Shown here one piece after another: positions 52,101 to 64,000 of a DNA stretch of 64,000 nucleotides. Under the pieces are notes generated by a model. It saw only the letters and a program-made list of their open reading frames with translations. It ran no database searches and was not told where the DNA came from. The translations under genes and the position numbers were made by a program. This stretch comes from Tubiluchus corallicola (taxonomy: Eukaryota; Animalia; Priapulida), in contig JAQGDQ010000371.1 in assembly GCA_030141605.1 (NCBI GenBank), forward strand, positions 1-64,000. The letters run 5' to 3'. The stretch's first letter is position 1, and each line of letters begins with the position of its first letter.

Positions 52101-52901
52101 GCCCATAATAAGCCCATTAGGTCACGTGTAATGATTACATGTGCAGCGCAAAATTGACGAGAAGTTTTCAAATCCGAGCCAGTGGGCTTGATCGTGATTC
52201 GATATTTTTACAAAGGCAGAAATTGCTTTATTCATTTTACACAATGAATGTGCACTGTCATTCAGGCCTCAGCACCGCTTGTCGTGGTCTGTTACACATT
52301 AGATAGCAAGGTGTATCTGTAAAACCTTTATCTAATGAGACTGCACAGTGAATGCTCTACACAGCGAAAAATGTAATTTTGCAAAGCAGGTTTTTACTTT
52401 ACTCGGTGCAAAATTAATAACTGCTATGCTGGGTATTTACTAGGCTGCTATTAAAAATGTAAAACAAAATTCACAGTAAAAACTCAATGCAAAACTTAAA
52501 AATAACATGGACTCATTACAAACCTACAAAAACATATGTACCACTCAATAGTATTATGATATAATGTCATTTTATATATACTTGGTTCCTATACAGCAAG
52601 CTCGTGAAAATTACAAAAAATTCTATGCAATTATAGTACACACCAGTTTTGTCAATGCCAGTGCTGCTAGAGAATTCCTTTTAAATTTTTTCAAAAATAA
52701 AGAATACTTGTATGTTAATAGAGTATGTTAATTAATTTAACCTTTGCCTGTGCAAAATGTCAGTTTTAAGTTAAAAGGAGTGGCATTTGTGTTTCAAAAA
52801 CTCGCCCACAGGTTGCGGGTGAATACGATATGATCAACAGGTGTCACAAATTGTACGCTGCTGAGCCACGTGCTGCATATGCATCAGCTTCATCCGTTTA
52901 A

Positions 52902-53278
52902 CACTTTCCTCCCTGCACTACAGATGGCCTTACACTACCAGAATATTTTCCCAAGCAAACGTGCAATGTTGAAATCTTGCTTTGAGCTGCAACACCAGCT
53001 GCTATAATTTCAATAAACTTGATTCAGCTGCCAGTTTACCATTTTCAACCATAATTTGGGGGTGAATATTTTTAGCTAATTCACTCTTCTAGCCTAATTA
53101 GTCTAACAAGTATGATTACTATATCTTTTTGCTTCAGCAAAATAAATAATGGTAAGAGACACTATGTGTTGTCCAGGAAAATCTGAGCTAAAACCCAGGT
53201 GTTGCTGTAACCAATAAATGATAGTTTTGTCGGGTTTAAATGACATATGAAGTTGTTTATAATTCCACGAGGAAAGAG
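52902..53278. mobile_element. Possible old piggyBac-like MITE
   Basis: TTAA|cactttcctc ... gaggaaagag|TTAA (9/10 TIR match). Confidence 0.45.
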
Positions 53279-53779
53279 TTAAGGCAGTGTGCCATTATGA
53301 TGACGAATGGAGCTAACCTTTTAGGCAGAAATGCTGTGTGAATTTGTGCAAAGTGTAAAAACATTCACTATGAAAAGTACATCAGTGTTATATGGTATTG
53401 TTTGTGCAAGAACTTTCTGTCAAAACAATTTTTAATATAATTTGTTTACCCAAGAGCACACTACTTGCGCCTGGTAGTCGTTTATCCTGGAATTAGATAT
53501 TAAATTGAACAATTATATCACAGCATCTTTTGTCGTATAAATGTATGTTTTCTTGTGATTGTTACGGGTGGCAGTTCTAATCTACTATATTGTGGTGTTA
53601 TTTAATTTCACATGCATGTGAGTAGTTTTTAACTGTTAACCTTCTTTGTTTTTTTATCAGGAGATCGTTTAGGTGGCCTGCAACGATGTACAAGAAAGAC
53701 ATAATAAAAGCTATTTATCAACGAAGCGATGCATGTAAGTTTAACATCAACAGTTGCTAGGTATGTAATCCAAGTTGTT

Positions 53780-54129
53780 TGTAATTTCTACTTTACTAAT
53801 TCTGATAGTACTTCGAATAGTTGGTCAAATGAATTTTATCATGATAATGTAATAAGTATTCCCATTTTCAGTTCAACTTGATGTGTGTAATCATTCTCTG
53901 AGATATAGTCTCTGCTCTTGTCATGCGTTTCTAATATTAATTCAGCTAATTATTGTAATTTCTACTTTACTAATTCCGATAGAACTTCAAGTAGTTGGTG
54001 AAATTACTTTTATCGTGATAACGATGATACGTATTCCCATTTTCAGTTCAACTTGATATGTGTAATCATTCTCTGAGATATAGTCTCTGCTCTAGTCATG
54101 TGTTTCTAATATTAATTCAGCTAATTATT
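53780..54129. repeat. Tandem duplication, ~175 bp x 2
   Basis: gtaatttctactttactaatt...ctaatattaattcagctaattatt is repeated immediately. Confidence 0.93.
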
Positions 54130-54767
54130 TAATCCTTTAACGACACATTTAATCCTTCGCCTCTGCTCATCACTAAAAATTAGCTAAGTTCTATTTTTAT
54201 TTATTTATTTCCTTTGTGAGAAGTAAGTGAGGTGTTCTGACAAAGCTAACATGTTTTGAGTTTGTCTCACATTAGTATCCAGGAAGGCATTCACCTCTCC
54301 ATTCATCAAACATTTATTCTTAGCATGAATAGGGTACGCCCATGATTTTCTGATATTACATATTACTTGCAGTAGTTTACCCGTTTGATAATTGACACCC
54401 TTGCATTAGAACTAGAGCAGTTATGTGCGACGTCCATGTTTATGGGACTACCTGGCGAGACAGCAAACGACACCTGGCGAGACAGTAAACGACACTGCAC
54501 GGCTATATTAAGATTAGTTACCTGTGTTCCAACTACTTTGCTTCCACTGCTTCTTCTTCTGCTAACAGCTGTAAAACAAATGATTTGTGGAACCTTGACG
54601 TGTATAACGAATAAGATACACACAAAATTGATGCTATTTAAACATAGGCAGGTTCAAATCTAATCAATTTATTAATACAAAGCAGCACTTTCAGTGTTAG
54701 TTCAGTTTTAGTTTGACTTGCTGCAACAAAAGCAATTACAATCATTTTACAGCATACTTATATGATT

Positions 54768-54910
54768 GTATGTATATATATATATATATATATGCGTACG
54801 TGTATATACGCATATATAACATATATACACATATATATATATATATACATATATATATACATATACACATACACATACACATACACACATATATATATAT
54901 ACATATGCAC
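54768..54910. repeat. (AT)n/(ATAC)n microsatellite
   Basis: Read directly from the sequence. Confidence 0.95.
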
Positions 54911-56482
54911 ATGATATAGCAGATATTATATATACAGCAGTTTCGAATAAATAATAAATTGCTACTACTCCACAGCAAACAATTGTTTTATTAGTTACAG
55001 AATGGCAGGGTAATTAATGCATTTACACCTGCCACCCTACCAGGCAGTGTGTGTGGGTGGAGGTAATCTAGACTACATTATTTCATCCCTGATTCTGCAC
55101 CCCTTTAATAAAAGACTGCCTGAACTAATTTTGCTGGTCCTGGCCCAAACACCATTCCAAATCACTTGATACTGAACCTTGAAAAATTCCGACCCATACT
55201 CCAATCCCGAACCTCGAACACCCCCAATCCTAAGTTACCTTAGTTTTTAAACTCTAGTCTTTAGTATAGATGTTTAACAACAAAGTGCAGCACATTCCTA
55301 CAGACTTTCACCTACTGCTGAAATGAATTTACCCAAAATGTGTTGAATTAGCACTGAACTACCGTCATCAAATTGAACGAGGTTTCGCACAAAAAATTCA
55401 ATCAATGTTCAATTAGTTAAATTTTCACGGCTTGGTATTCTTTAATCTGACCTCTGCATGATCCAGTGATTAGTTGATAGTTATTGTGCTACAGTACATG
55501 CTCAGACGTCATTAATCTGTACAGGAGCTTTGATGGGATTTACAAAATTCACAGATTCTTCCTGCTTTAACGTCAACAGTTATAATTAATTCAACGTTAC
55601 AGTGGAGAAATGGTTTCAAACAGTAAACCTCACAAAGCAGTGTGATACAAGTAAAATAACTAGTATTAATTATACATGCACCAGCTAATTAAGGAAGTGT
55701 GCACAACTGCATGGATAATTGCTGTAATAAAATTGTTCTTACCTTTATTAACTTAATTCATTCATTAAAGTTTGCTGTTGATTACATTCATATTAAGCAT
55801 TGTTTTAGTGCCATCAAAACTTTTGCTTTTGTTGGCTATGCTAAGCTTGCTTCAAAACTTTCTGTTTTTGTATAACGAATTTAAATTTTTAGGTTGTGTC
55901 AGACAGTCAGTAAAACTTCTCACTTATACTTGCAACGGTAATTATGCTGAACCTGTGTATAATCAGTTTCCGGTCATACTTGAGGACAAACACTTCCTCA
56001 ATGAACACTTCTAGACATCACATTAGCACAATTTTACTTTCTTAAAAAGTAATTAACATTATCAAGCAAGGTAGGTCCTGTGAAACTTAGCAGAATTACA
56101 GGCATGCATATTCGGGCTTAACACACTGAAGGTGTAGGAAGACAAACTGTAATAAAATATTTCGAGTCTTTTGCTCAAATTCACAATTATTTGACATGTG
56201 CAACCTTGTGCAAATTAAGACATGTTAGATATTAAATTTACAGTTTTATTTCCTTTAGCATGTTAGCCTGGTCATATTCATACGTCTACATAGGCTGATT
56301 TAATTCATCTTTGAATACCATAAAATCCCATAAAAATGTCTGTTTTTCTGTTTGCTGTGTCAATCATAGTTAAATAACACACACACTGTCTCATGTTTAT
56401 TTAAAAATGACGGTACTTTCTGCTCTATCCAAGCATGGACAATTAGTTCCCAAACTCTGTAGTAGATAAAAACTTCTCAGAC

Positions 56483-56668
56483 ATTCCTGAGGTAATATAC
56501 CTAGATGCTTACACATCCAGACCCCACAATGAATTATATTGTTTTCAGACTAATTTTGTAAGTTATACATTTTAATATTCCTGGGGTAATATACCTAGAT
56601 GCTTACACAACCAGACCCTTCAATTAATTATATTGTTTTTAGACTAATTTTGTCAGTTATACATTTTA
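56483..56668. repeat. Tandem duplication, ~94 bp x 2
   Basis: ggtaatatacctagatgcttacaca...gttatacatttta occurs twice. Confidence 0.9.
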
Positions 56669-59600
56669 TAAAAAAATTAAATGACACCAATTTTTCCCCA
56701 CGAAATAAGCTGTATTGTGACGAGAGCCTATTTGTTAGCTTTTACAGATTTAGAAGCATTTCCTTGGCATTTTTAACCACACATGCTGTTGATTGACATC
56801 ATGTTGTACTCACAAAATGAGCAAACAGGTGAAAACTTGTTCAATATGTACATAATAAAGTAAAGTGCCCGAGGCACATTTTGCTGCACCTGTCATATTT
56901 AACAGGAAAAACATTTTATAATAAAAATTGGTAATGTCAGCCAATTTAAAGTGCACCATTGTACACTTTACAATGCACACATTACAATAAAGGCATTCAT
57001 AATTACCTTTGCAATATTTCAACTAGACTTTGAAGCAGTTCTTGTTTGAAAAAGGAAACTTTTCAATTTTGATGAAATTAGTGCTTTCAATATTATTACA
57101 AATAAAGCAGCATATCCTCGGCCAACTTCTAATTAGAATTTAATCCAAATTTTATCTAGTAAAAATGCATACAATTGGGTTTTTTGGTCACTCTCTAACA
57201 CTTGATAAAATAGCAAGATTAGAATTAAATGCAGAAATAAGTAAGATACGATGTGTGGAATTGTTTTTGATCTCCTTGCAAAACATTAGCATACAACACT
57301 TATTGTGATTTGCAATGGAAATAATGCTGACAAGCCACCAGTTTAGCTCACATTTAGTTTTCATAAACTTATGCAATATAAGTTTATATTTGAATACTGT
57401 CCAGTGTCCACAACTGACTTAATGGGCATTGGATGCAGAGAACTGAGAGGCGTTTCTATTTTATATAAGCAGATAATGAGCACTAGATGTCATTGCAAAG
57501 GTACAAGGTGCACACTGACCTACAAGGTGGACAGTGGCCAACTCTAAATGTGTTTTTTACAAACGTGTTTATCATCTTGAAGTCACAAAAAGCTAAAAAA
57601 ATTCACTAATTGGACTAATTTAATGTTTAGTTGTGTCTTTACACATGGTGTCTTCACAGCATATTAGTTTCAGATTTAAAGAGTTTAAGAAAAGGAAAGC
57701 AGAGTGAGTAGAAAAAGTTACCAAATAAACGAAATGAAACCAAATGATACGAAAACCAAATAAACAAATTAAACAGAAGAAAAGCATTAACATGTTTTAA
57801 TCAGCAGAACTGGTAATTAAAATTTATAGACAACTAAAAGAGAGTTAAAGACAACTAAAAGAGAGTTAAAGAGTTAAAGACAACCCGCTATACTCGGTTA
57901 GAACTGCATTAAGTGTTTTACACACATCGCACTATCCAATTAACTTTCTTAATACTCTGTCTTGTTTGACCTACACAAAACAGATAAGGTTCCTAATTTT
58001 TTGGAAAGCCATTCCACCATTAAAATTTATATTACTGATACTTTTAGTGATGAAGCCAAGAGTACAATTAGATTCAGGTTCCTAAACCCAGCCGTTCTGG
58101 AAATATGAAGCCAACAATATGTGATACAATTTGGCTTCTGATTATAATCATGCAGCACGCTGCCCACATCAACTAAAATCAAATCGTATCAAAACTTGGA
58201 ACCAATTAGTGTGAAATGTGAAGATTTTAGCTTCATCTGTAGATGTTGTCAGGAAATTAAAGACCAGCTACATTTCAGAGTTGTTACAAGTAGATGTAAA
58301 CATATCCTTCTTTATTTCAAAATTTTAAGATTAAGATTTAAGTTTATTTAAGATTATTAAAAGACCTAAGATTTTTGCATTTCGTGTTGCCGGAAATCAC
58401 AACTGAGTGATTCGTGCCATGTTCATTTAGGGCCTTTGAGCTGCAAAGATAGATATTAAGATACAGGATCATTTACTCAAAATTAATTGCTGTTTCTCAT
58501 GGTTTTTGTCGGTTTTTATTCACTCCTTTCAGTTTCTTCTATATGGTGGTGATGTGGTGGGGGCAATCGTTCAGTGCCTTTAGTCATTTTTAAGCATAAA
58601 GAAAATGGTTCAAATTCAAAATTAGTTTGGACTGCAAAATAAATGCAGAAATAAAACACTTTTTAATTATGTAAAACAACAAGGCTTAATTAATTATCCA
58701 TGTTTTATTACTTTCTGTAATTTTCATAACCTGTCCTGAGTCATTTGTGCCATTCTGTGTTGTTTAAACTGGGTTATAAAAATGCACTTAGCATATTTTT
58801 TTCTTTAGGTATTTATCAGTATCTCTATGTTTGAGGACTTTAGTACAGGAAGCTACTACAGCTCGGTATGTAGACGACTAAAGTCACTATGGTGTGAACG
58901 GTGTGAATAGGTACGTTTTTATGTTAGTATGAAAAAACTTACTCTGTTGTTAAACATTTTCCAGGACATGTGTTTTTCAATTGCATAAACTGTTTACCAT
59001 GATCAAGATATCACTTTAACTCATCTTGATTTCGTGAATACCTTTACGTCACATTCATTTGTCCCATCTGATATGAGTGCCAGTTACCTCGATTAGTTAA
59101 TTATTCATGTCACCAGTTACTGCATTGGATTAAGTATTAAAGACATTATAAAGCTTACTGTAAATTTGCTCAGAAGAAAGAATGCTATGTTAACGTCAAG
59201 TAATTATCTATGCTCATCTTTTTCCTTGGCAAATAATGAAAATGATGATGAATGTAGTTAGAATCCAACAAAAAGCTTCTATGTTATTTTGCAATGTTTA
59301 ACAAAACAACAAATAAAAACAATTACAGGTGTAAATGTAGTGGAAATATTAATTGTCATAATTATTAGTGGTATCACTGCATCAGGTAAGCATGTGGCAA
59401 AAATAGTTCATATGGTACATCAGTACATTAAAAATGGTGACAATTTATCTGACTGTAGCATAATTTTTCATTGGCATAACATTCATAGGACAATTTGTAA
59501 ATTAATAATGCTATGATGCTCTATTTGTATTTTTAAGTGTTTGCTCCACCGTGGCCAGGCATTCTTGTAGATCCCAGCACACCTTCTACTTAAAGAAAGC

Positions 59601-60597
59601 AATCTGTTCCAAACAGCACCCATCTGTAATAAGGCCAGGCTAGCTAAACAGGCCAATTCATATGTAAAATTAATGGCAAACAGACCCGGCATTGCTGTAC
59701 GGCTGTGATTTTCTGACAAATTAGCTTGCTCCCGGAGCCAGGTCTATAAACGCACTAAAGCTGCAGACACTACATAATTGAGTGGCACGTTTAAAGACCC
59801 ACAATTCAGTGTGGGTTTATCACGGTCTACGAATATTTACCAGGTTCTTCGGTTTGTTCCCTGTGGCCTTTTTGAAAAATATTTTACTTTTTTAAAGCGG
59901 TCAATTTTCTCTGAATTTTTTTAAAATTATATTTTGTAAAATTTGTTAAACAAATTATTTTTGGTTTTATTGTTTATGGTTAAGCCTCTCTTTAAGTCCT
60001 CAAAATCGGCAGTTTCTGCTGCCAAAAGTTGTATAAATACCCCAATTCTCTTAATTTATTTATTCTTTTTTTCTGATTACTTGAAAAATATCAAGCCTAC
60101 AAATGCATTTCTTTTGCATAAATGCAAATCCATTTTGACTGAGACTAGATACAAATATGACAGTTTAATGTGAAACAAGGCTGTTTATTTGCATTAATCA
60201 TCATTTGGCTACTTTGTTACTATTTATCTATTATATTTATAGAACAAAGTCTGCAACTGGTATTACAAAAGAAAACACCTTTCGGTATAACTAGTAAAAC
60301 ATAGCAAACATTTTTATTTGGCACATGTAGCATATGCATGCATTACCCCCGTTTATCTTTGATATGTACAAAAGCTATTGACAATCAAGGCCATTTTAAT
60401 AACATTATGTGCATATATGCATTGAGAAAGCAAACTGTCTGAGTGCAGTGTGGTCTGGAATATATAATAGGCAAAATAATGTACTAATATTATCAAGTGT
60501 AATATCAAATTTGCATTGATGTTGCACTTTATAAAGTGTAATAATATATAATTTATACCTAAAAATACATTTACAACAAAAGAATCATACTTGAAAG

Positions 60598-60650
60598 TAT
60601 AAAATACATTTTAATATTCAATTTGAAGTTTTTATTACTATCAATTTAGT

Positions 60651-60697
<47 letters not shown>

Positions 60698-60788
60698 CAA
60701 TATACTATATTATATTGAATATTATAAAATACATTTTAATATTCAATTTAAATTGAAGTTTTTATTACTATCAATATAGTCAATATAT
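60598..60788. repeat. (AT)n microsatellite between two ~60-bp direct repeats
   Basis: tataaaatacattttaatattcaattt...tagtcaatata at 60598 and 60723, with an (AT)n run at ~60653-60694. Confidence 0.9.
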
Positions 60789-63700
60789 TCGAATAATATA
60801 TATATAGTACATATTCGAATAATATTTATAACAAAAGAATGTGACAGTGTACAATGTCTTATTTTCCTAAAAAGGAACAAAGTGATGTAAAAAAACTACG
60901 TAGAGGAAAAGCACGTAGCGGTAAAAGTTTCAAAAATAGGCGCGCTGATGACGCTTAACCCGTGCCTCGATTTTGCTCCTGCGCAATTCAAACACCTTCT
61001 CCCCTGCCTGGCTTGACATGAAAAGAATACCTAATTTTTGCCTACAAATTTTCCCTTTTCTACGTTTTTTTGCACAAAACCCCCAGGTAATTTTTGCATG
61101 CAAGGGGTAAAGGGTCACACCATTTCTCATGAAACACCTATTCTCCAAGCAAGCCTCGATTTCGACTAATGCATGCAATTTTCACATCTACAAAGCAAGC
61201 GTTTGCCTTTCAATCTGTCAGCAAAAATTTTTTCCTACAATATCATGGTGTACCCTTGTCAAAGGGGTAAGAGGTCACTTGGGTAGTTACTCTTGAGTGG
61301 GAGCAACTAGACAGGTATGCACAAAGGCCCAGCTCTTTACAAAAGCACCTATAATGGCAGTCATTTCAGCATAACTGCTGCAAGGCTCTCAGCATGCTAC
61401 TTTTTCAACAAAAGAATATATAATGTTAATGTATACAATGCTCCCCAAAAAGCTGTTCATCACATCATAGGTGTTAAAGTAACTTAAACGTCAACCATTT
61501 GTGTGAACGAGAAGCATCCCTCATGCATGATGCAAGATGGCTGTTCGCGCAGTTCAATTTCTACAAAATCATTAAGTCAAAAAAATTTTCCCTTCTTTTT
61601 CCGTGATGCAAAGGCAAAATGCCACGGCTTAATCATCTTGTGTTTGAATGTGTGAGTGGATAAAACAAAGCAAACTTATTACAAGTAGTATGCAAATAAC
61701 TCACCCTGCGGCCGCTTGTAAATTCTTCAGGCTTCAGCTGCACTGCGACACAGTATGTGACAGATCAGAAAAAATCCATTAACATTCTATTCAAACAAAG
61801 GCACAAGCAGCCTGCAAATAAGTGCCACTGCTGCCACAGTTCGGCAAACCTGTTGACCGGACGGGCAGATACTATGCAACTCACAATGCAGAAGGGCCTA
61901 TTTTGGCTATTATGCTAAGAATGAAGCCAGTGTGTGTGTGTGTATGTCAACTTCTAGTCTGCTAAAGTTCGAGAAGCCAGTCAGTAGGGAGAGCAGTGAT
62001 GTAAAGTTCAGCTCATTTGCCAACAGCCAATATCATTGCACAAAAATTCGAATGTGATAATGATGAGATTAACGGTTGGACAAAAATGGCTTTTGCACAG
62101 ACTTCGTTTAAGTGCAGCCTAAAGAGGCTTCATTATTATTTATTCATGAGGATAATTTATGTATCTCTCTTGACAGCCAATCACTGCCCTGGCACATGTG
62201 TTTAATATAATTGCATTCCCATTATTCATGTGCTGTCCATCCCATACCTGCTTGACTCACATGCTGTTGCATAAACATGATAATGGCGTGACAGATATGC
62301 ATGCATTCATGGGATAATGTAAGCATTTTGATTCAACATGCAGTAGTAACATCCTGGGAGACTGAACTTATTTTTTAAAGTGACTGCCCTTCGACATCTG
62401 AGGTTTATATGTCCAAAGATATGTTGCAGAAAATGGCATGGTTAATACTGAAAAAAGTCACCGTATCTATCTAATGAATGCCATTTGAATGCAGCGAAAG
62501 CTTTTCGACAAGCTCACTAGATGGAGCCACATACGTTTTGTGCTGCTATTGTACTTGGCTGCTTAAAATGATGAACGAAAACAGAGGAAAACAGATAAGA
62601 AAATTCACTATTTGTCAGTTCAAACTAACACAAATTATCTCAAAAATAAAATTTGCAAAGAAAAAAATGGTTTTCTAGCTAATTTAACAGCCAATTTAGT
62701 TTTTACAAAGCTAATTCTCGCCAAGTTGCACTGACATTTTTCAAAATGCTTATTCCCAGCGTCAAGATGCGAAAATTGTATCTATACCACTTTATGATGA
62801 AGAAGTAGCAAGCTTAAATGATAGTTTATATAATAACTTTCTTATAATTGTAGTGCTAGATCCTTCACTGGCTTCATGGCTACATGCATTACTGGGTGAG
62901 AAGCTTTGGTAACTTGTATCAAACTTCAATTTCCATAACACAAGATAAACTATGGATGACCATTTATCTAGATTGCTGACATGTCAACTGCAAACATAAG
63001 TTAGACCAGCTTTAAGATTGAGTTGATGTAAAACTGTGTAGAAACTTACAAATAAGTTATTTTTTCTTCTTCGAGTTTTTTTGTATATTGAAACCTATTA
63101 TTTCCATTTGTAAATGTACAGTTAACCATTACAGAATACTTGAAATTTCTGCTTAAAAAATTTAACACCATATACGCTGTTCCGGAACTCAATGTACATG
63201 GTTTCATTTATCATGTAAGATTAGCAAGTTAACTTTTTCTTCTCGAGACCCGAAGAACTGATTGATGAGAAGACGACTGCTAAAATTTCAGGAGATTACA
63301 ACAACCAAGCTAAAATAGGACCATTAATCACAAAAAACAAGATATGAGAACTTGTGACCAGCAAATTTAAATGTCTGTCAAATTGCAAACAGTTCCTTCA
63401 TTTGCAATGAAATCAGCACTATGTCTATCCTCAAAAAATCTTTCTATTTTTAAGAAACAAATAGTAAAAATATAGTCCATTAAGTGCTCTTTGTAGCCAC
63501 ACAGTGCAAAATTTCTTGATGAATTCATGCTGTGTTGAAAGTAGAGACTGCTGCAAATTAGAGGATCCAGCAGAAAAATACAGGAGTTAGGGCTGCAGAA
63601 ATGGGACATTGCCGCGATTTGACAATACAACAATAGATTTTCAACTGCACACTTTTTTTTCGAAAATTTGGACACAACATCATAATTACAAAGCTGGGTG

Positions 63701-64000
63701 GCAATCTATATGGTAATTAGTAAAATCTAATGCATGTGATAGTGTTAGTTTACACGCTCCTGAACTTTAAAAGATGCTATTCCAAGTTTCTAACATAAAG
63801 CAGTGATTCAAAAGATGCTTTAAAATGTAGGTAGTGACTTGATGTTTATTATAAAACTGCTAAATGGTAATTTGGTAAACTCTGAACATAGTCCAACATT
63901 CTCATATGCTCAGTATCAAGATGCCTAATGACATGGTACGTGATTTGTGACAAATGGACAAAAGCTACCAGAAAGTCATACATTGTAGATGACATTAATC

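Noticed and set aside
1-64000. Homeobox exon or conserved miRNAs (miR-10, let-7, miR-124, miR-1, miR-9 and others)
   Set aside because: A by-eye search found no WFQNRR-coding segment and only short seed-length matches without hairpins; the search was not exhaustive.

Overview
AT-rich animal (probably invertebrate) nuclear DNA, not prokaryotic. Almost all ORFs in the supplied track are artefacts of repeats or chance. The only well-supported coding sequence is the 3' end of a minus-strand gene: three GT-AG exons (4745-4633, 2002-1802, 1739-1719) that splice in frame into about 111 aa of acidic, Q/A-rich low-complexity protein ending -NVLSLV*. No upstream exon is convincing in the remaining ~59 kb, which looks like a very large intron or regulatory desert. 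It holds tandem repeats (92, 94 and 41 bp units, (GAT)n, (CT)n, (AAT)n, (AT)n), 3' fragments of L2/CR1-group LINEs, non-autonomous DNA transposons with recognisable TIRs and TSDs (hAT, Tc1/mariner-pogo, piggyBac), foldback palindromes and candidate RFX, NRF1 and YY1 sites. The most notable element is an intact 510-bp SINE (37181-37690) with a 5S rRNA head, an RTE/BovB-like body and tail, and an 11-bp TSD. No CRISPR array, intact transposase or reverse transcriptase, or canonical tRNA was found. All identifications were made by eye.
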